DNA of 64,000 nt from Octopus vulgaris (GCA_951406725.2 OX597831.1:35340001-35404000); one strand, 5' to 3'. Positions 24,066-38,340 are shown, counted from the first letter of the stretch. The notes: generated by a model not told the origin, from the letters alone. A program made the numbers and translations.

Positions 24066-25989
24066 CTAAAAATGGTAAAAAAAAAAAAAATACAATAGAT
24101 TTATTGGAGGAGTACAAATAATTTGGAAAACAGTTTTAGTGTTGAAATTATAATTTACAAAAAAAAAAAAAAATTAAGAGAGGAATCTTTTATTTTTTCT
24201 ATCTATATGCACAGGCATAGCTGTGTTGTAAGAATTTTGCTTCCCAACTACATGGCTCCAGGTTCAGTCCCACTGTGTGGCACCTTAGGCAAATCTTGGT
24301 AGACAGAAACTGGAAGACGCCTGGTGTATATATTATGTGTGTGGATGTGTCTTTGTGTTTGTCTACCACCACTTGACAACCAGTGTTGGTGTGTTTACAT
24401 CCCTGTAAACTTAGTGGTTTGGCAAAACTGACTGATAAAATAAGTACCAGACTTAAAAGAATAATAAGTACAGGGGCTAATTCCTTTGATTAAAAATTTT
24501 TCAAGGTGGTGCCCCAGCATGGCCTCAGTCTATTGAGGTGTCAGTTGCAGTCGATTGTGACTTTGGTAGAAAGTACCATGTTTTTTGTTAATTGTTTTAG
24601 GTGGCAGTGTAGTGTAGTTATGAGCAGACACAGATGACCTCTTGACCTTGCTACTTTGGAGCCAGCAGAGCATTGAGGATAGGATGGTCAGAGAGGGTGG
24701 GAAGGGAGAGAGAGAGAGAGAACCAGTTAGTTCTCACTTTCAGTAGAGTGGAGTAATATGGAATAACTTAGTGAACATTCGAATTTGTGAATAAAATGTT
24801 GAAATTGAAAAATAAAACAAAAAAAAAACAAAAAACATACAAAATAAATGTTTCCCTATTTGGTTGATGTTTGTTCAGCCAGTGGTTCTCAGTCAGGGTC
24901 CACATAAGATGTTGTTGCTAAAATTTATGTGCAACAAACAGGCTATGTTTCTACAACATACACTTTTACTCTTTTACACGTTTCAGTCAACTAATTGCAG
25001 CCATGCTGGAGTACCGCCTTTAGTCGAACAAATCGGCCCTAGGACTTAATCTTTGTAAGCCTAGTACTTACTCTATCAGTCTCTTTTGCTGAACCACTAA
25101 CTTTCGGGGACATAAACACACCAACATCAATTGTCAAGTGATGGAATGGGGTACAAACACAGGCACAAAGACACATGCACACATAAATAAATATACATAT
25201 ATACACATGATGGACTTCTTTCAGTTTCCATCTACCAAATCCACTTGCAAGGTTTTGGTCAGCCTGACGCTACAGTAGAAGACACTTGCCCAAGGTGACA
25301 TACAGTAGAACTGAACCCAGAACCATGTGGTTGGGAAGCAAGCTTCTTACCACACAGCCACACCTGCGCAATATTTGAACATGTTTTTAAAAGCACCCAG
25401 TGCACTCTCGGAGTGGTTGGCATTATAAGGAAGGGCATCCAGCTGTAGAACCCACACCGAATCAGACTGGAACCTAGTGCACTGACACAAGTGCTTTTTA
25501 CATGACTCTTACAGTCCAATCTTCTTCTCCAGGGGAAGTGGCCATACATGTGTGTGTGTGTCTTTCTCTCGTCACAATTTGACAACCAGTATTGATGTGT
25601 TTACGTTCCCATAACTTAGTGGTTCAGCAAAAGAGACTGACAGAATAAGTACCAGGCATAAAAAAAAAGTGTAAGTACCGGGTCGATTAGTTTCACTAAA
25701 ACTCCTTAAGGTGGTACCTCAGCATGGCCACATTCCAATAACTGAAACAAGCAGAAGATAAAAGATGACTCCTGACACAAAATATTCTCCAAAAGCCATT
25801 AACTGCTCAATGGCCCACAAATACATTGAATTTGGAAAGGTTAAAAGCCCACAAAGAGCATCTCAGTGGCCCATTTGTAACTGAAGCCCATATTCTAATG
25901 ATTCCCAACATAGGATCAGTAACAGGTGGGCTGTTCTCATGATGGTTCCACATGTTTGATGGTTAACAATAAAGACAAGTGCTACTTAC

Positions 25990-26114
25990 ATCTACAACTC
26001 CTGTACCAAGCACATTAAATCCATGGAGTAAATGCAGGGCACTGCACAGAGCTGACATAAAGAGAGCAGTGCAACCGGAAACACCCAAAGGAATGTAACG
26101 GCCACCAATTCCAG
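25990..26114 (-). CDS. SEC22A: SEC22A/C-like coding exon 4 (hydrophobic segment)
   Basis: TTCCAG acceptor, GTAAGT donor; (A)GIGGRYIPLGVSGCTALFMSALCSALHLLHGFNVLGTGVVD; 125 nt, phase 1-0. Confidence 0.9.
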
Positions 26115-28172
26115 CTGGAAATAGAACAATAACATATCGTTAATAATACAGAGTTGCTGATACGATTGGGACTCCATATATTTAATGATAAATTTGTAAA
26201 GGAATATACATATATAGTATTATTGTAACCAAATGCTCAGATGTGTTTTCATCATCATCGTCAACGATAAACGGCTTTGGTTGGCTAGAGGCTACAGTAG
26301 AAGACACTTGCCCAAGGTGCCATGCTGTAGGCCTGAACTCGGAACCATGTGGATTGTTGTTGTTGTTGTTTGTTCCTTCTCGAGCCATGCCTGGCTTATA
26401 AGGGCCGGTTTCCCGGTTTCTTGGCATATAGGTTCCCCACCTGGATGGGACGCCGGTCCGTCGCAGGTGAGCTGCAAGATGCAGGAGGAAAGAGTGAGAG
26501 AAAGTTGTGGCGAAAGAGTCAGCAGAAGTTCACCATTACCTTCTGCCAGAGCCACGTGGAGCTTAGGTGTTTTTGCTCATAAACACACACATCACCCGGT
26601 CTGAGATTCGAACCCGCGATCCCACGACCGCTGCTCTAACCACTAGGCCATGTGCCTCCACCTGTGGATTGGAAGCAACTTCTTACCACACTGCCATGCC
26701 TGCACCTATAACCACACCTACACATTCATCACCATATTTATGTCATCTTTTCCATGCTTGCATGCACTGGATTGATCTATTCCATTCCAACACAGTGCTT
26801 CACCATTTATTGCATTGCATCTCTTCTGAAAGGTTGAAAACCTCGAGATCAGTCTCTACCAGTTCTCCCCCATGTCTTACTTGGTCTTCCTCTTTCACAA
26901 TTCCTTCCACTTGAATGTCTTGTTATTTTTCTTTACTGACTTGTCATCATTTTATTAGTACAGACGTTATATGTCTGTAGAAGGGCAGGCATCTCTCTTG
27001 CACACTGTAACTGATTCTTCTCCCAGTTTATCTCTCATTTCATCTGTATAATGTCACTCATGCATCCTGAATTCTAACATTACATGCCCAGTGGACCATG
27101 CTCGTTCAATTTCTTTTCAACCCCTACACCTCTGCATTCACTGTCCACACCTCACTGCCATGCAGCACTACACTTCATACATTGTACTCTTTGCTTGGAG
27201 AAATAATCCTCTTGCTGCCAGCAGAGATAATAGCTCCTTGAATTTTTTTTTTTTCACCTTGTCATCATTCTGGTTGGTCATCTACTGTGCCCACCTCCAC
27301 TACAGCTTAAGTCACCCAGGTAGCAGATGCTATTAACTACTTCTATGAAGTCTTCTAAGCATTAAAATGAATTTCATTTATTTGGGCATCTTTTACTGTA
27401 GCTCTCGGCTGACCAGTGCCTCGTGGGTGAGTCTGATTCACTAAAAGATGCCTGCGTACACACACATGAGGATTTATAAGACTTGTGGGGTGCCAGAAAT
27501 GGCTAGGTACGATAACAGAGCTCACAGTGAAATAACAACATTGAAAGATATCAAGCGTTCGTAAGAAACCATAAATATGCAAGTACTAAATTCCAATTTA
27601 AACCATAAATCCGTACAAATTTCCATGAATATTTTAAGGATATTTTACGAAAAGAGAAATAGAAAAGAAAAAATTTTCCCCAAAACTATGGCCTACGAAA
27701 TAGACTACAAAAAGTATAAAAATTTAATCCGTTCACATAATCAAGGGGCAATAACTCCTACAAATCGTGGGGATATTACTTCCAATAACGATATGGTCAT
27801 TCACTTGATGTCACAACACGAAACGAGAGAATGTTAACGATGATTATATATATATAATCTAATAGGGATGAATTATATGGTTATGGACGATGTGCCTAGT
27901 TTCGACATATTCGGCATTAGAAATTTTTTTTCTTTTGCCCTTGTTTATAAGTTGTTTATAAATTTAACCTTTAAAGGTATTTTTTAGTATGCTGGCCATT
28001 GATAAAATTTTCTTCGAAAAATTTAATCCTGTAACTCTGCCAGATCAGACTGGAGCCTGGTGCAGCCTCCTGGCTTCCTAGATCCCGGTCAAACCGTCCA
28101 ATCCATGCTAGCATGGAAAATGGACGTTAAACGATGATGATGATGATATATACATAATGTAAGGCTACTCAC

Positions 28173-28358
28173 CTGAAACATAGCGAGAAAGGACTGCACC
28201 ATTTTTCTTATCATTAAGCAATTCAGGCTGAATTTGATGGGCAGAGATCTGGAATGGTGGACGTAATTTGATCTCTTGACTCAGCTCTGACAGGTTTAAT
28301 CTTGTTGTTAAAGATCTGGGGTTGTTGTACTTGGATTTGATTTTCTGTAATTTGGTAT
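28173..28358 (-). CDS. SEC22A: SEC22A/C-like coding exon 3
   Basis: AAG acceptor, GTGAGT donor; (D)[38 protein letters not shown] matches the SEC22A YNNPRSL..NL...EIKLRPP segment as I recall it; 186 nt, phase 1-1. Confidence 0.93.
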
Positions 28359-30482
28359 CTTGAGAAAAGGAAACAGAAAGACTGATAATAATGTGGTTTT
28401 GCGATTAGAAGGTTGCTTATAAGGCTGACCAAAGACATGTAAGTGGGTGGAAACTAAAAGATGTCCATCATGGAGGCAATGACAAATGAGTCCTTTGGGA
28501 ATATGCTGGGTTTGAAAAGAAGACCTACGAAGCCGAGTGAAATCATAGCCATGTCATGCAACTGGCACCCATTACACTCTCAGAGCGGTTGGCATTAGGA
28601 AGGGCATCCAGCCGTAGAAACCATGCCAAATCAGACTGGAGTCTGGTGCAGCCCCTCAGCTTACCAGCACTGGTCAAAGTGTCCAACCCATGCCAGCATG
28701 GACAACAGACGTTAAATGATGATGATATATATATAAATCAAGGCGGCGAGCTGGCCGAATCGTTAGCACGCTGGGTGAAATGTGTAGCTGTATTTCATCT
28801 GCCGTTACGTTCTCAGTTCAAATTCTGCTGAGGTCAACTTTGCCTTTCATCCTTTCGGGGTCGATAAATTAAATACCAGTTATGCACTGGGGTCGATATA
28901 ATCGACTTAATCCGTTTGTCTGTCCTTGTTTGTCTCCTCTGTGTTTAGCTCCTTGTGGGTAGTAAAGAAGTGCCGGTGGCACATAAAAAGCACCATCCGA
29001 TCGTGGCCGTTGCTAGACTCGCCTGGCCCCCGTGCCAGTGGCACGTAAAACGCACCATCCAACCGTGGCCGTTTGCTAGCCCCATCTGGACCTGTGCCGG
29101 TGGCACGTAAAAAGCACTCACTACACTCACAGAGTGGTTGGCGTTATGAAGGGCATCCAGCCGTAGAAACATTGCCAGATCAGACTGGGCCTGGTGCAGC
29201 CTTCTGGCTTCCCAGACCCCAGTTGAACCGTCCAACCCATGCTAGCATGAAAAGTGGACGCTAAATGATGATGATGATAATGATGATATATATATATGAC
29301 AAAACAGGAACATGAAAACTTTTTGGTATTATTTATTCTGCATTACACAGGTTTCATTTGTGCATGTATATGTATATATCATGTGTGTGTCTGAGAATGA
29401 GTATCTGTGTGTTTGTATCTCCTTGTCTTGACATCTCTTGACCATTGTAAATGATTGTCATTCATTTCTAATATTCTGCAAAAAGATGTCTGGCCATGGC
29501 CATGTATTGCCTTGCTTGGGAATGGATGAGGGCTAGTAACAAGAAGGGCATTCATCCAGCTTTAGAAGTCAGCCTCAGTAACTTTTGTCCAATGCATACA
29601 AGTATGGAAAAGTTGAAGTTAAAACAATGATGAGGTTTACAATAAAATTTTGCTTTTTTCAACCAGTCCCGTAGCACTGAATCTCATCACCACCATTGTC
29701 ATTTAACATTCATGTTCCATGAATGGTTTGAGAGGAACTTGTTGGTCCAAGGACTGCACAGAGCTCCAGTGTCTGCTCTGGCATGGATTCTATGGTTGGT
29801 TGACCTTCCTAACGCTAACTACAGTACAGTGTGAACTCGGTGCCTTTTTTGTACCACCTGTACAATTGAGGTTGCTGTACAGTCTGTGGGGTGAGCCCTG
29901 GGGTAGGTGGAGGTGATCAGTGAAGGGAGAAGAGAGTGGGATCCACATGGCAACCTACACCTAGTAGGGAAAAATAAAAAAAAAAGTTAACTGAATGAGA
30001 TCTACAGAGGGTGGATATTCAAACAACACCTGCAATTTATATTCATTATAATCTCCCTGCCCTTGCATTAACTACAAACTAGTATCTCCAGGTGTTCAGC
30101 ACAGATTTACCAATATGGGAACCTTTACAGAGTTGCTCAACTCGTAAGTAATACCTTTGAATTCCCCTCAAACCAGACTCTACTATTCTAAATAAATATT
30201 AGATAATGCAGTCTGGGGTATGTTATATTTAGTAAAAAAAAGATGGATGGTCATGACTGGAATGCTTTTGATTATATAAATACTTCATTAAGGCTGGATT
30301 GGTACTCCACAACAAAGATAAAGACAAGAAGCATCTGTTAAAACACAGGACAGAGGAGAGAGTAGGTCCTGTTTGGTCAGGTATGCCTTAGGGGTTTAAC
30401 AACAAAAATATGCTGAAGATGACAGCTGCAATGAGGGTGACCATAATGACAATGAAAATAACAACAACGTGTTTGTACTTAC

Positions 30483-30646
30483 CGAAAGCTATTAATGAAT
30501 ATGGCCTGAGTGCAGCATCAACTTTGCTTTTGTCATAATCCAACAGAAATTCCCTCTGGACATCGTTGAGGAAGGAGAAGGCCAAGACAGAGGGATAAGA
30601 GACATCACACAATACAGAATAGGTTATATTTAAAGCTGAAATAAAA
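30483..30646 (-). CDS. SEC22A: SEC22A/C-like coding exon 2
   Basis: Polypyrimidine+TAG acceptor, GTAAGT donor; (Y)FISALNITYSVLCDVSYPSVLAFSFLNDVQREFLLDYDKSKVDAALRPYSLIAF has longin motifs YPxxLAFxFL and RPY; 164 nt, phases fit neighbours. Confidence 0.93.
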
Positions 30647-30684
30647 CTAGAGGAAAAGAAAAGAAAATGAGAAAATAATGCATG

Positions 30685-32360
30685 CCCTTTCGTTGCTATA
30701 TTTCTGACCAAAATACAACCCATATGAGTTCCAATTAAATTCTAAAAAAAATCATGAATTTAGACTAGTTTCATTAAACAACTGTAACTTTTTTTACTTA
30801 TCAACATATTAATGTGATATTTGGAACATAATTGAAGAAAGGGTTCTTAATCAATTCTATTGCATAAATTTTGTCTGAAAGTGACTCTAATTACTGGTAA
30901 ATCCAGGTAAACTGAGCAAAATATAAAAATGTTTAAATTTTGTTTAAACATCACCATAGAAAATGAGTCATCAGCTAATATTCAATTGGGTAGGCAACAA
31001 AATTTTAATATGGAAGAATTGTGCACATCACTAGATTATCAGTTGAAATTAATGCACAGAAGAACAGGTGTACTATAAAAGGTAAAATAAACTGAAATAC
31101 TGGAATTTGTTTTTGAAGAAAACTAGAAAATTAAATTTCGTTTTTGGATTTGGCTTGCAAATCATAAGGCACCAAAAGAGAATGATTCTCCCCAGACACA
31201 ATAGAAAATTAAATACGTCAACTAAATGAAATATACTCACACACAGGAACATATATAATAAAGATTTACAATAGAAATTAAATCAAAACTTGTCACCCGC
31301 CTTACAGGTAAATTAAAATTACAGGTAAATAAGAAGTAAAACGAAGTAAATTTGAAAAATATTTATACATTCTAATCATACATATATACAATAGTCACTC
31401 AATATTCCTATCATGGAAAGTTGTAAAACATCCCACTCTACATACTGCAACCTGCAGAATGCACATTGGAAAGATGTTTCAACTGGCTGTTCACTGGGAG
31501 TTTTTCATAGTTGATGTAGACATTCATGGCACTGCCTTTTGCAATCACTGATTTTTTTCCAATATATGGAGATGGGCAGAACCCTAGAGGGATATCTCTC
31601 TGGTAGGTTTTGTTTTTTTTCCTTCCTGCAGTTATTTTTTTTGGAGGAATAACCTGCCCTCAACTGCGTTGCTACATCTGCTCGGAACTGCAGATGGTCA
31701 CACCACTTGTGAGCCCTTCCTAATTTGGTGTATAATATAAATGCATTTACAATGCTGCCAGCCTCGCCTCGCCCCCGTGCCGGTGGCACGTAAAAAGCAC
31801 CATCCGTTCGTGGCCGTTGCCAGCCTCACCTCGCCCCCGTGCCGGTGGCACATAAAATCCACCATCCGATCGTGGCCGTTTGTCAGACTCGTCTGGCAAA
31901 TGTGTCGGTGGCACGTAAAAAGCACCCACTACACTCATGGAGTGGTTGGCATTAGGAAGGGCATCCAGCCGTAGAAACATTGCCAGATCAAACTGGGCCT
32001 GGTGCAGCCTTCTGGCTTCCCAGACCCCAGTTGAACCGTCCAACCCATGCTAGCATGGAAAGCGGACGCTAAACGATGATGATGATGATGTTTACTATAT
32101 ACCAAACCAGGTATCGCCACCATTTATTACCCAGTCTATCAACAGGATAATAACTCATACTTTGGCTCAGCTGATCCACACCACCCATGTACCTGTTTTA
32201 ATCGATGTTCACAAACAGGGTGTCATTTTCATCTACCCATGGTTGTGCATTGATAATACTAGCTTAATGATAACTAAGTTATTTTACTAAACTCTTTGTT
32301 ATATTTAAAGTAATTGAAAGAAACACAGAGCATCTCAAAACAAATACAGTAACAAAAGGG
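30685..32360 (-). mobile_element. Deleted piggyBac element with transposase relic, interrupted by a SINE
   Basis: Ends CCCTTTCGTTGCTATATTT / AAATACAGTAACAAAAGGG|TTAA; minus frame NRYMGGVDQLSQSMSYY...KWWRYLVWY (about 32100-32200), then IVNAFILY...HLQFRADVATQL and a Cys-rich tail. Left TTAA is lost. Confidence 0.8.
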
Positions 32361-32556
32361 TTAAACATCGAATGGCTAGGAGGGTCCATCCGAGTAAAAT
32401 AGGAACCAAAAGGGTCCATAATGGACTTCCCAACCATATGGTTCCAGGTTCAGTCACACTGTGTGACACCTTGGGCAAGTGTCTTCTGCTATAGTCTTGG
32501 TCCAACCAAAGCTTTATGAATGGATCTGGTAGACAGAAACTGAAAGAAGCCTGTTG

Positions 32557-32589
<33 letters not shown>

Positions 32590-33915
32590 ATATATATATA
32601 CGTATACGTATATACATTATATATATATAGGGAGAGTTTACGAAAAAAACAAAAGACGAAAACAGGTGGTGTACAAAACAAACATGTATTAGTATAACGC
32701 TCAGGAATAGAAAAAGTCTTTTACATTTCGAGTCTATGCTCTTCTACAGAAAGGGACACAGAAAAAACAAGGAGAGAAAAAACACACATGTTATAGTCAT
32801 ATGGATATGTATAAATGCCTAAAATTATGTGCTTTGAGATGTATGATACTGAAGACGGTAAAGGGAGTTACATCCCTAAACTAGAAATCGATCAATGGTT
32901 AAACTATTTTTAAAAAGAATCTTTTTTTGTTCATTTCACTCACTTTCAGCCTGCGCCAGTGTGGTAAATAATGTAGTTCTTAGAGCCATTTGGCATCTAT
33001 TTCTAGTGTGTGGCACTACTCATTAGTGCCCTTACTATAATTATATTTATATAATTATATATTTTATATTTCAGGCATGTGCTGTCAGTAATTATTCAGG
33101 TGAGGCAGCTGGTGACTTTTATGTTGTAAAAAGCACAAAAAATAAGCGAAACACAGGCATGCGACTGAGTTGAAAGTAGATTTACTCCTGCTTTTATAGC
33201 ACATAAAGAAAATGGTGTTGTAAGAGTGTACGCAGCATGTGTACTACAGCAGTAGTATGCATAGCTTAAATGTTGAGATTGAAAAGCAGGGGCGAATTAT
33301 GCCTTTTACTCTTTTACTTGTTTCAGTCATTTGTCTGCGGCCATGCTGGAGCACCGCCTTTTAATCGAGCAAATCGACCCCAGGACTTATTCTTTTGTAA
33401 GCCCAGTACTTATTTTATCGGTCTCTTTTGCCGAACTGCTAAGTAACGGGGACATAAACATACCAGCATCGGTTGTCAAGAAATGCTAGGGGGACAAACA
33501 CAGACACACAAACACATGCATGCATATATATATGTACATATATACGACGGGCTTCTTTCAGTTTCCGTCTACCAAATCCACTCACAAGGCTTTGGTCAGC
33601 CCGAGGCTATAGTAGAAGACACTTGCCCAAGGTGCCACGCAGTGGGACTGAACCCGAATCTACAAAAAAATAGTATATTTTGTATTTTATGCATAGTAAT
33701 AATCTGAGTAACCTTCATAATTTTATTGAATTAGGTGCATATTTTGCCATAAAAGCAAAATGTTACTATCGATCTATTTTATTCAAGGCAGGCACTGCCT
33801 ACCTTGCCTACCCAGGCGGCATGTCCCTGATATATATGCATATAGTAGAGTAAGCACATAAATGCGAAATAAGGTGGAAAGAATAGTACTCAAATATTGG
33901 AGGTAGAGTAATATG

Positions 33916-34085
33916 CTTTATTAATAAAGCTGCAAAGACATCACAAAAACTGTTACTCAGAGTTTCATGTTCCTGTTTGTTGGACAGTTTACGTTGAGAA
34001 TTCTCAACCCAAACTGTCCAATAAACAGGAACGTGAAAATCTGAGTAACCGTTTTTGTGATGTCTTTGCAGTTTTATTAATAAAG
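33916..34085. repeat. 170-bp spacerless palindrome
   Basis: Centre GTTGAGAA|TTCTCAAC at 34000/34001; arms pair out to CTTTATTAATAAAG. Confidence 0.92.
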
Positions 34086-34698
34086 TGATATGACGGCGAG
34101 CTGGCAGAGTCATTAGCATGCCGGGCAAAATGCATAGCGGTATTTTGTCTGCCGCTACATTCTGAGTTCAAATTCCGCTGAAGTTGACTTTGTCTTTCAT
34201 CCTTTTGGGGTCGATTAAATAAGTACCAGTTAAGCACTGTGGTCGATGTAATCAACTTAATCCCTTTGTCTGTCCTTGTTTATCCCCTCTGTGTTTAGCC
34301 CCTGTGGGCAATAAAGAAATATATATAACTATATGTGTGTCTGTATTTGTCAAAACATCATTGTTTGACAACTGTTGTTGGTGTGTTTACATCTCTGTAA
34401 GTAACAGAATAAGTACTAAGCTTAAAAAATATGTTCTGGGAGAGGAGTCGATCTCTTCAACTAAAACTCTTCAAGGTAGTGCTCCAGACTTAACCAGTTT
34501 GAACATAATACAGGGAGAATATTCTGGTGGGATATGGTTGGATTAAATGCTAAAGGGTTCAACAGAAATATGGTTAACGAAGGGCAAATTTATCAATTGA
34601 AACCTTTTAATAATTCAAAAAACAATAAACAAAAAATAAAACTCCCAATAACTTTGACCAATTAACAAAGCAAAATAAATAAACAAATGCATACTTAC

Positions 34699-34892
34699 TA
34701 TATGGCAAGTGGTCCTACAATGTAGCTGCATCTATCGGCAAAATGTGTAGCTCTTTTGCAAACCAGTTTTAACTGTTGAAAGCCTTCTTGTAAGTTGATT
34801 TTAGATTGACTACTAGGCGATATGCGGTCAGTACTGGCAGAGAGAGGAAGGCCATCGCTTGTCCGGCTGATCATAGTCTGGTAGATAAACAT
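34699..34892 (-). CDS. SEC22A: SEC22A/C-like vesicle-trafficking protein, coding exon 1 (longin domain N-terminus)
   Basis: MFIYQTMISRTSDGLPLSASTD...DRCSYIVGPLAI carries the SEC22 signature DGLPLSAS; 194 nt, phase 2, GTAAGT donor at 34698-34693. Confidence 0.93.
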
Positions 34893-36630
34893 GGTATCTG
34901 CTTTCGCCTCTGTCTTTGAGTTGGTGTAGGCAAGACTAAGTCAGCTAATGTCTCATATCAATAATAGCCAAATGGTGGTAACGAAAATGAAATGAAAAAA
35001 AGTACATAAATATAATATCAAGTGTGTCTATGAATGCATGTGTATGTGTATATTTATATCTATAATAACAAATGCCAAAACGAATTTTTGTGTGTCAGTG
35101 TGTCACACTTTGATCCTCTCTTTCCCTATTCAATGATACTTCTATTCCTCTTGCTGGGGTGAGAGTAATAGCAGGCATAGAGATGGTGAGGGCAGTAGTA
35201 GATTGACAGTTGAGATGGTAATGGAGTGAGAGTAATACTATGAGCTGTAGTTGGGATAGAGGTGGAGGCAACCGTGATGATGATGGTGGTAGCTGAAGCG
35301 GTCAAGCATGACGGTGATAGTAAGGGATGTGAAAGACAGCGGTGATGGTGGTGGAGGGGAAGACGGTGAAGTCAAAGGTGTTGATGGTTGTGGTGTCAGA
35401 AGTCTGAATGGTGTGTGTATGACAGTTGTGGTGGTGGTACTGGTGATGGTTGAAAACAACCAACAGGAGAGAGAGAGAGAGAGAAAGGGAGGGAGAGAGA
35501 GAAAAAGGTTAGACAGAAAAAAAAATTGTACTGATTTCCTGAATGGGAAGACAAAAAACTGTTTATCACAAAGTTTTGCCCTAAGTCCCAAGTGGACAAA
35601 CTATATCAGTGTTTTGATGAAAATTGTTCATTGCTTGAAAAATATTGGTCAAGTTTAATGAAATTTAATATGTACTCAATACATGAAGTGTCATAGTTGG
35701 GCTCAAGGTCCAATGAAGAGCCCTCCACAGGGGCTAGCTTAAAAGCCGCCCGATCTACTAATGGTTTTTTAAAAAAATACTTAATAGCGTTCTGTTTATC
35801 ATTTATGCAGTCATCAAAATTGTTATAATGTTTTGTTGTTGAGATAAGTTCTCTTTCTTTCCTGATGAGAAGATTACATTATTTTACACCGTTTATTCCT
35901 TTGGAATAAAACCAATGTTGTCTTTGAAACATATGTCGAAAGAAAAAGAATTTCAATAACACCTGCGTTCAACTCCATTTATTTACTTATACTATACAAA
36001 TTACTGCACATTAACCCGGAGTTTCTACCTTTGAATAGGTCGATACATCCTTGTTATTTTCTTGAATTTTGCTACCCTGGTAACTGTTTATTGAATTTTC
36101 CATGTTAACGGTAAACAAAGGATAATTCATTCATCCATTTACATATATATATCATCATCATCATTTAACGTCCGTTTTCCGTGCTAGCATGGGTTGGACG
36201 CTTCGACCGGGGTCTGGGAAGCCAGGAGGCTGTACCAGGCTTCAGTCTGATCTGGCAGTGTTTCTACAGCTGGATGCCTTTCCTAACGCCATATATATAT
36301 ATACACACACATACACATATATATGTTTTTAATACTTTTCTCACTGGATTGCTTATTTGTTTCTCTTTCCCATCTGTGATTTTATTTTTGGTCTTCTACA
36401 TAAATGAAAATATTTCCTCCGTCTGGCTGCTTTTCTTTCTACAAAATGGGAAAGTATTGTAACGAGTTATATATATATTTATCACCCGACGAGATACATC
36501 TGCACCACCGCATGCTCCTGAACCAGTTGTTGAATGTCCCACCTATGAAGAATTGATGTCAGGTGTGTCAAAACAAGTGTCGTGATTAATAACAAATTCT
36601 CATATATTCCATCTTGCGTCTTTCATTTGC

Positions 36631-36662
<32 letters not shown>

Positions 36663-36987
36663 CATATAGACCATTGCCAGCCTCGCCTGGCCCCCGTGCC
36701 GGTGGCACGTAAAAGCACCATCCGTTCGTAGCCGTTTGCCAGCTTCGTCTGGCACTTGTACAGGTGGCACGTAAGAAGCACCCACTACACTCACGGAGTG
36801 GTTGGCGTTAGGAAGGGCATCTAGCTGTAGAAACACTGCCAGATCAGACTGGGCCTGATGCAGCCTTCTGGCTTCACAGACCCCAGTTGAACCGTCCAAC
36901 CCATGCTAGCATGGAAAGCGGACGCTAAATGATGATGATGATGATCTATATATATATATATATATATATACCCAAGACTAGGCCCCC

Positions 36988-37260
36988 ATGCAAAGATCAA
37001 AATTACATCACATAAGAACATTGCGGCACAATTTCTTCACTGCAACTGGTCCTGCTCTTTTCAATGTTATCCTGAAAGAAATTAAAGTAAGAAAAGACCC
37101 CACAACTTTCAAACGGTACCTGGATAAAATCCTCCAGAAAATACCACAAAAACCACCAACACCTGGATACGTCTCAGCCAACAACAACCCTCTTCTTGAG
37201 TGGTCCAGGGCGTCCCGAAATAATTAATTAAAAGACTTTTCCAGGTGGTGCTATTGATGT
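36988..37260 (+). mobile_element. CR1-group LINE ORF2 C-terminal fragment
   Basis: FTATGPALFNVI...FKRYLDKILQKIPQKPPTPGY...NNPLLEW, typical GP.LFN/FK..LD/PGY terminus. Confidence 0.65.
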
Positions 37261-37527
37261 GTATAGCTATTGAGTGTATGTATGTATGTATGTGTAAATG
37301 TTTGTGTCTGTGTTTGTTTCCCCCACCCCCACCAGCATCGTTTGACAACTGATGCTGGTGTGTTTACGTCCTGGTAACCTAGTGCTTTGGCAAAAGAGAC
37401 CGATAGAATAAGTACTAGGCTTACAAAGAATAAGTCCTGAAGTCGATTTGTTCGACTAAAGGCGGTGTTCCAGCATGGCCGCAGTCAAATGACTGAAACA
37501 AGTAAAAGAATAAAAGAATATATATAT

Positions 37528-37908
37528 AGGCGCATGAGTGGCTGTGTGGTAAGTAGCTTGCTAACCTACCACATGGTTCCGGGTTCAGTCCCACTGCGTG
37601 GCATCTTGGGCAAGTGTCTTCTGCTATAGCCCCGGGCCGACCAATGCCTTGTGAGTGGATTTGGTAGACGGAAACTGAAAGAAGCCTGTCGTATATATGT
37701 ATATGTATGTGTGTGTGTTTGTGTGTCTGTGTTTGTTCCCCTAGCATGCTGGTGTGTTTACGTCCCCGTAACTTAGCGGTTCGGCAAAAAGAGACCGATA
37801 GAATAAGTACTGGGCTTACAAAAAGAATAAGTCCCGGGGTCGAGTTGCTCGACTAAAGGCGGTGCTCCAGCATGGCCGCAGTCAAATGACTGAAACAAGT
37901 AAAAGAGT
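37528..37908 (+). mobile_element. SINE family A copy
   Basis: Same sequence as 59446-59831; other copies at 24209-24530(+), 24963-25368(-), 33307-33657(-), 42401-42778(-), 42841-43170(-), 63011-63354(-). Confidence 0.85.
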
Positions 37909-38016
37909 ATATATTTGTAGGCAGGAGAGATGGCAGGATCGTTAGCGCGTCAGACAAAATGCTTAGAGACACTTTCCTTCTCTACATACAATAAACAAAG
38001 AAGCGGAATGCCTTAC

Positions 38017-38340
38017 GTCAAGGCTGACTGACGTAGGTTAAACAAGATGCACAGACGGACACTAACGGAAAAAAACGGGAGAAGATGGGGCGTGACTTGT
38101 AAGCGTTTGAACTTCACACGTATTTTGACACTTGAGAAAGAAAGGAGAAAGAAAAACAAAGCGTGAGAAAGGGAGGAGGAGGAGGAGAAAAACATCAACC
38201 TGTTACCTTTCCTGTTTTCACTTAAACCAGCAAGGTTCACACGCACACATCGATGTTAATTGCAAAAGGGCTGGGAAAGCATTTTTTAAAAAAAAGTAAC
38301 AGGGGCTAATAACAACGGCTGTAGAACATGTAGAGAGGAA
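38017..38340 (-). promoter_or_regulatory. Candidate non-coding first exon/promoter of the SEC22A-like gene
   Basis: CpG-richer unique sequence ending at a GTAAGG donor (38016-38011, minus) upstream of the ATG exon; boundaries are inferred. Confidence 0.35.
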
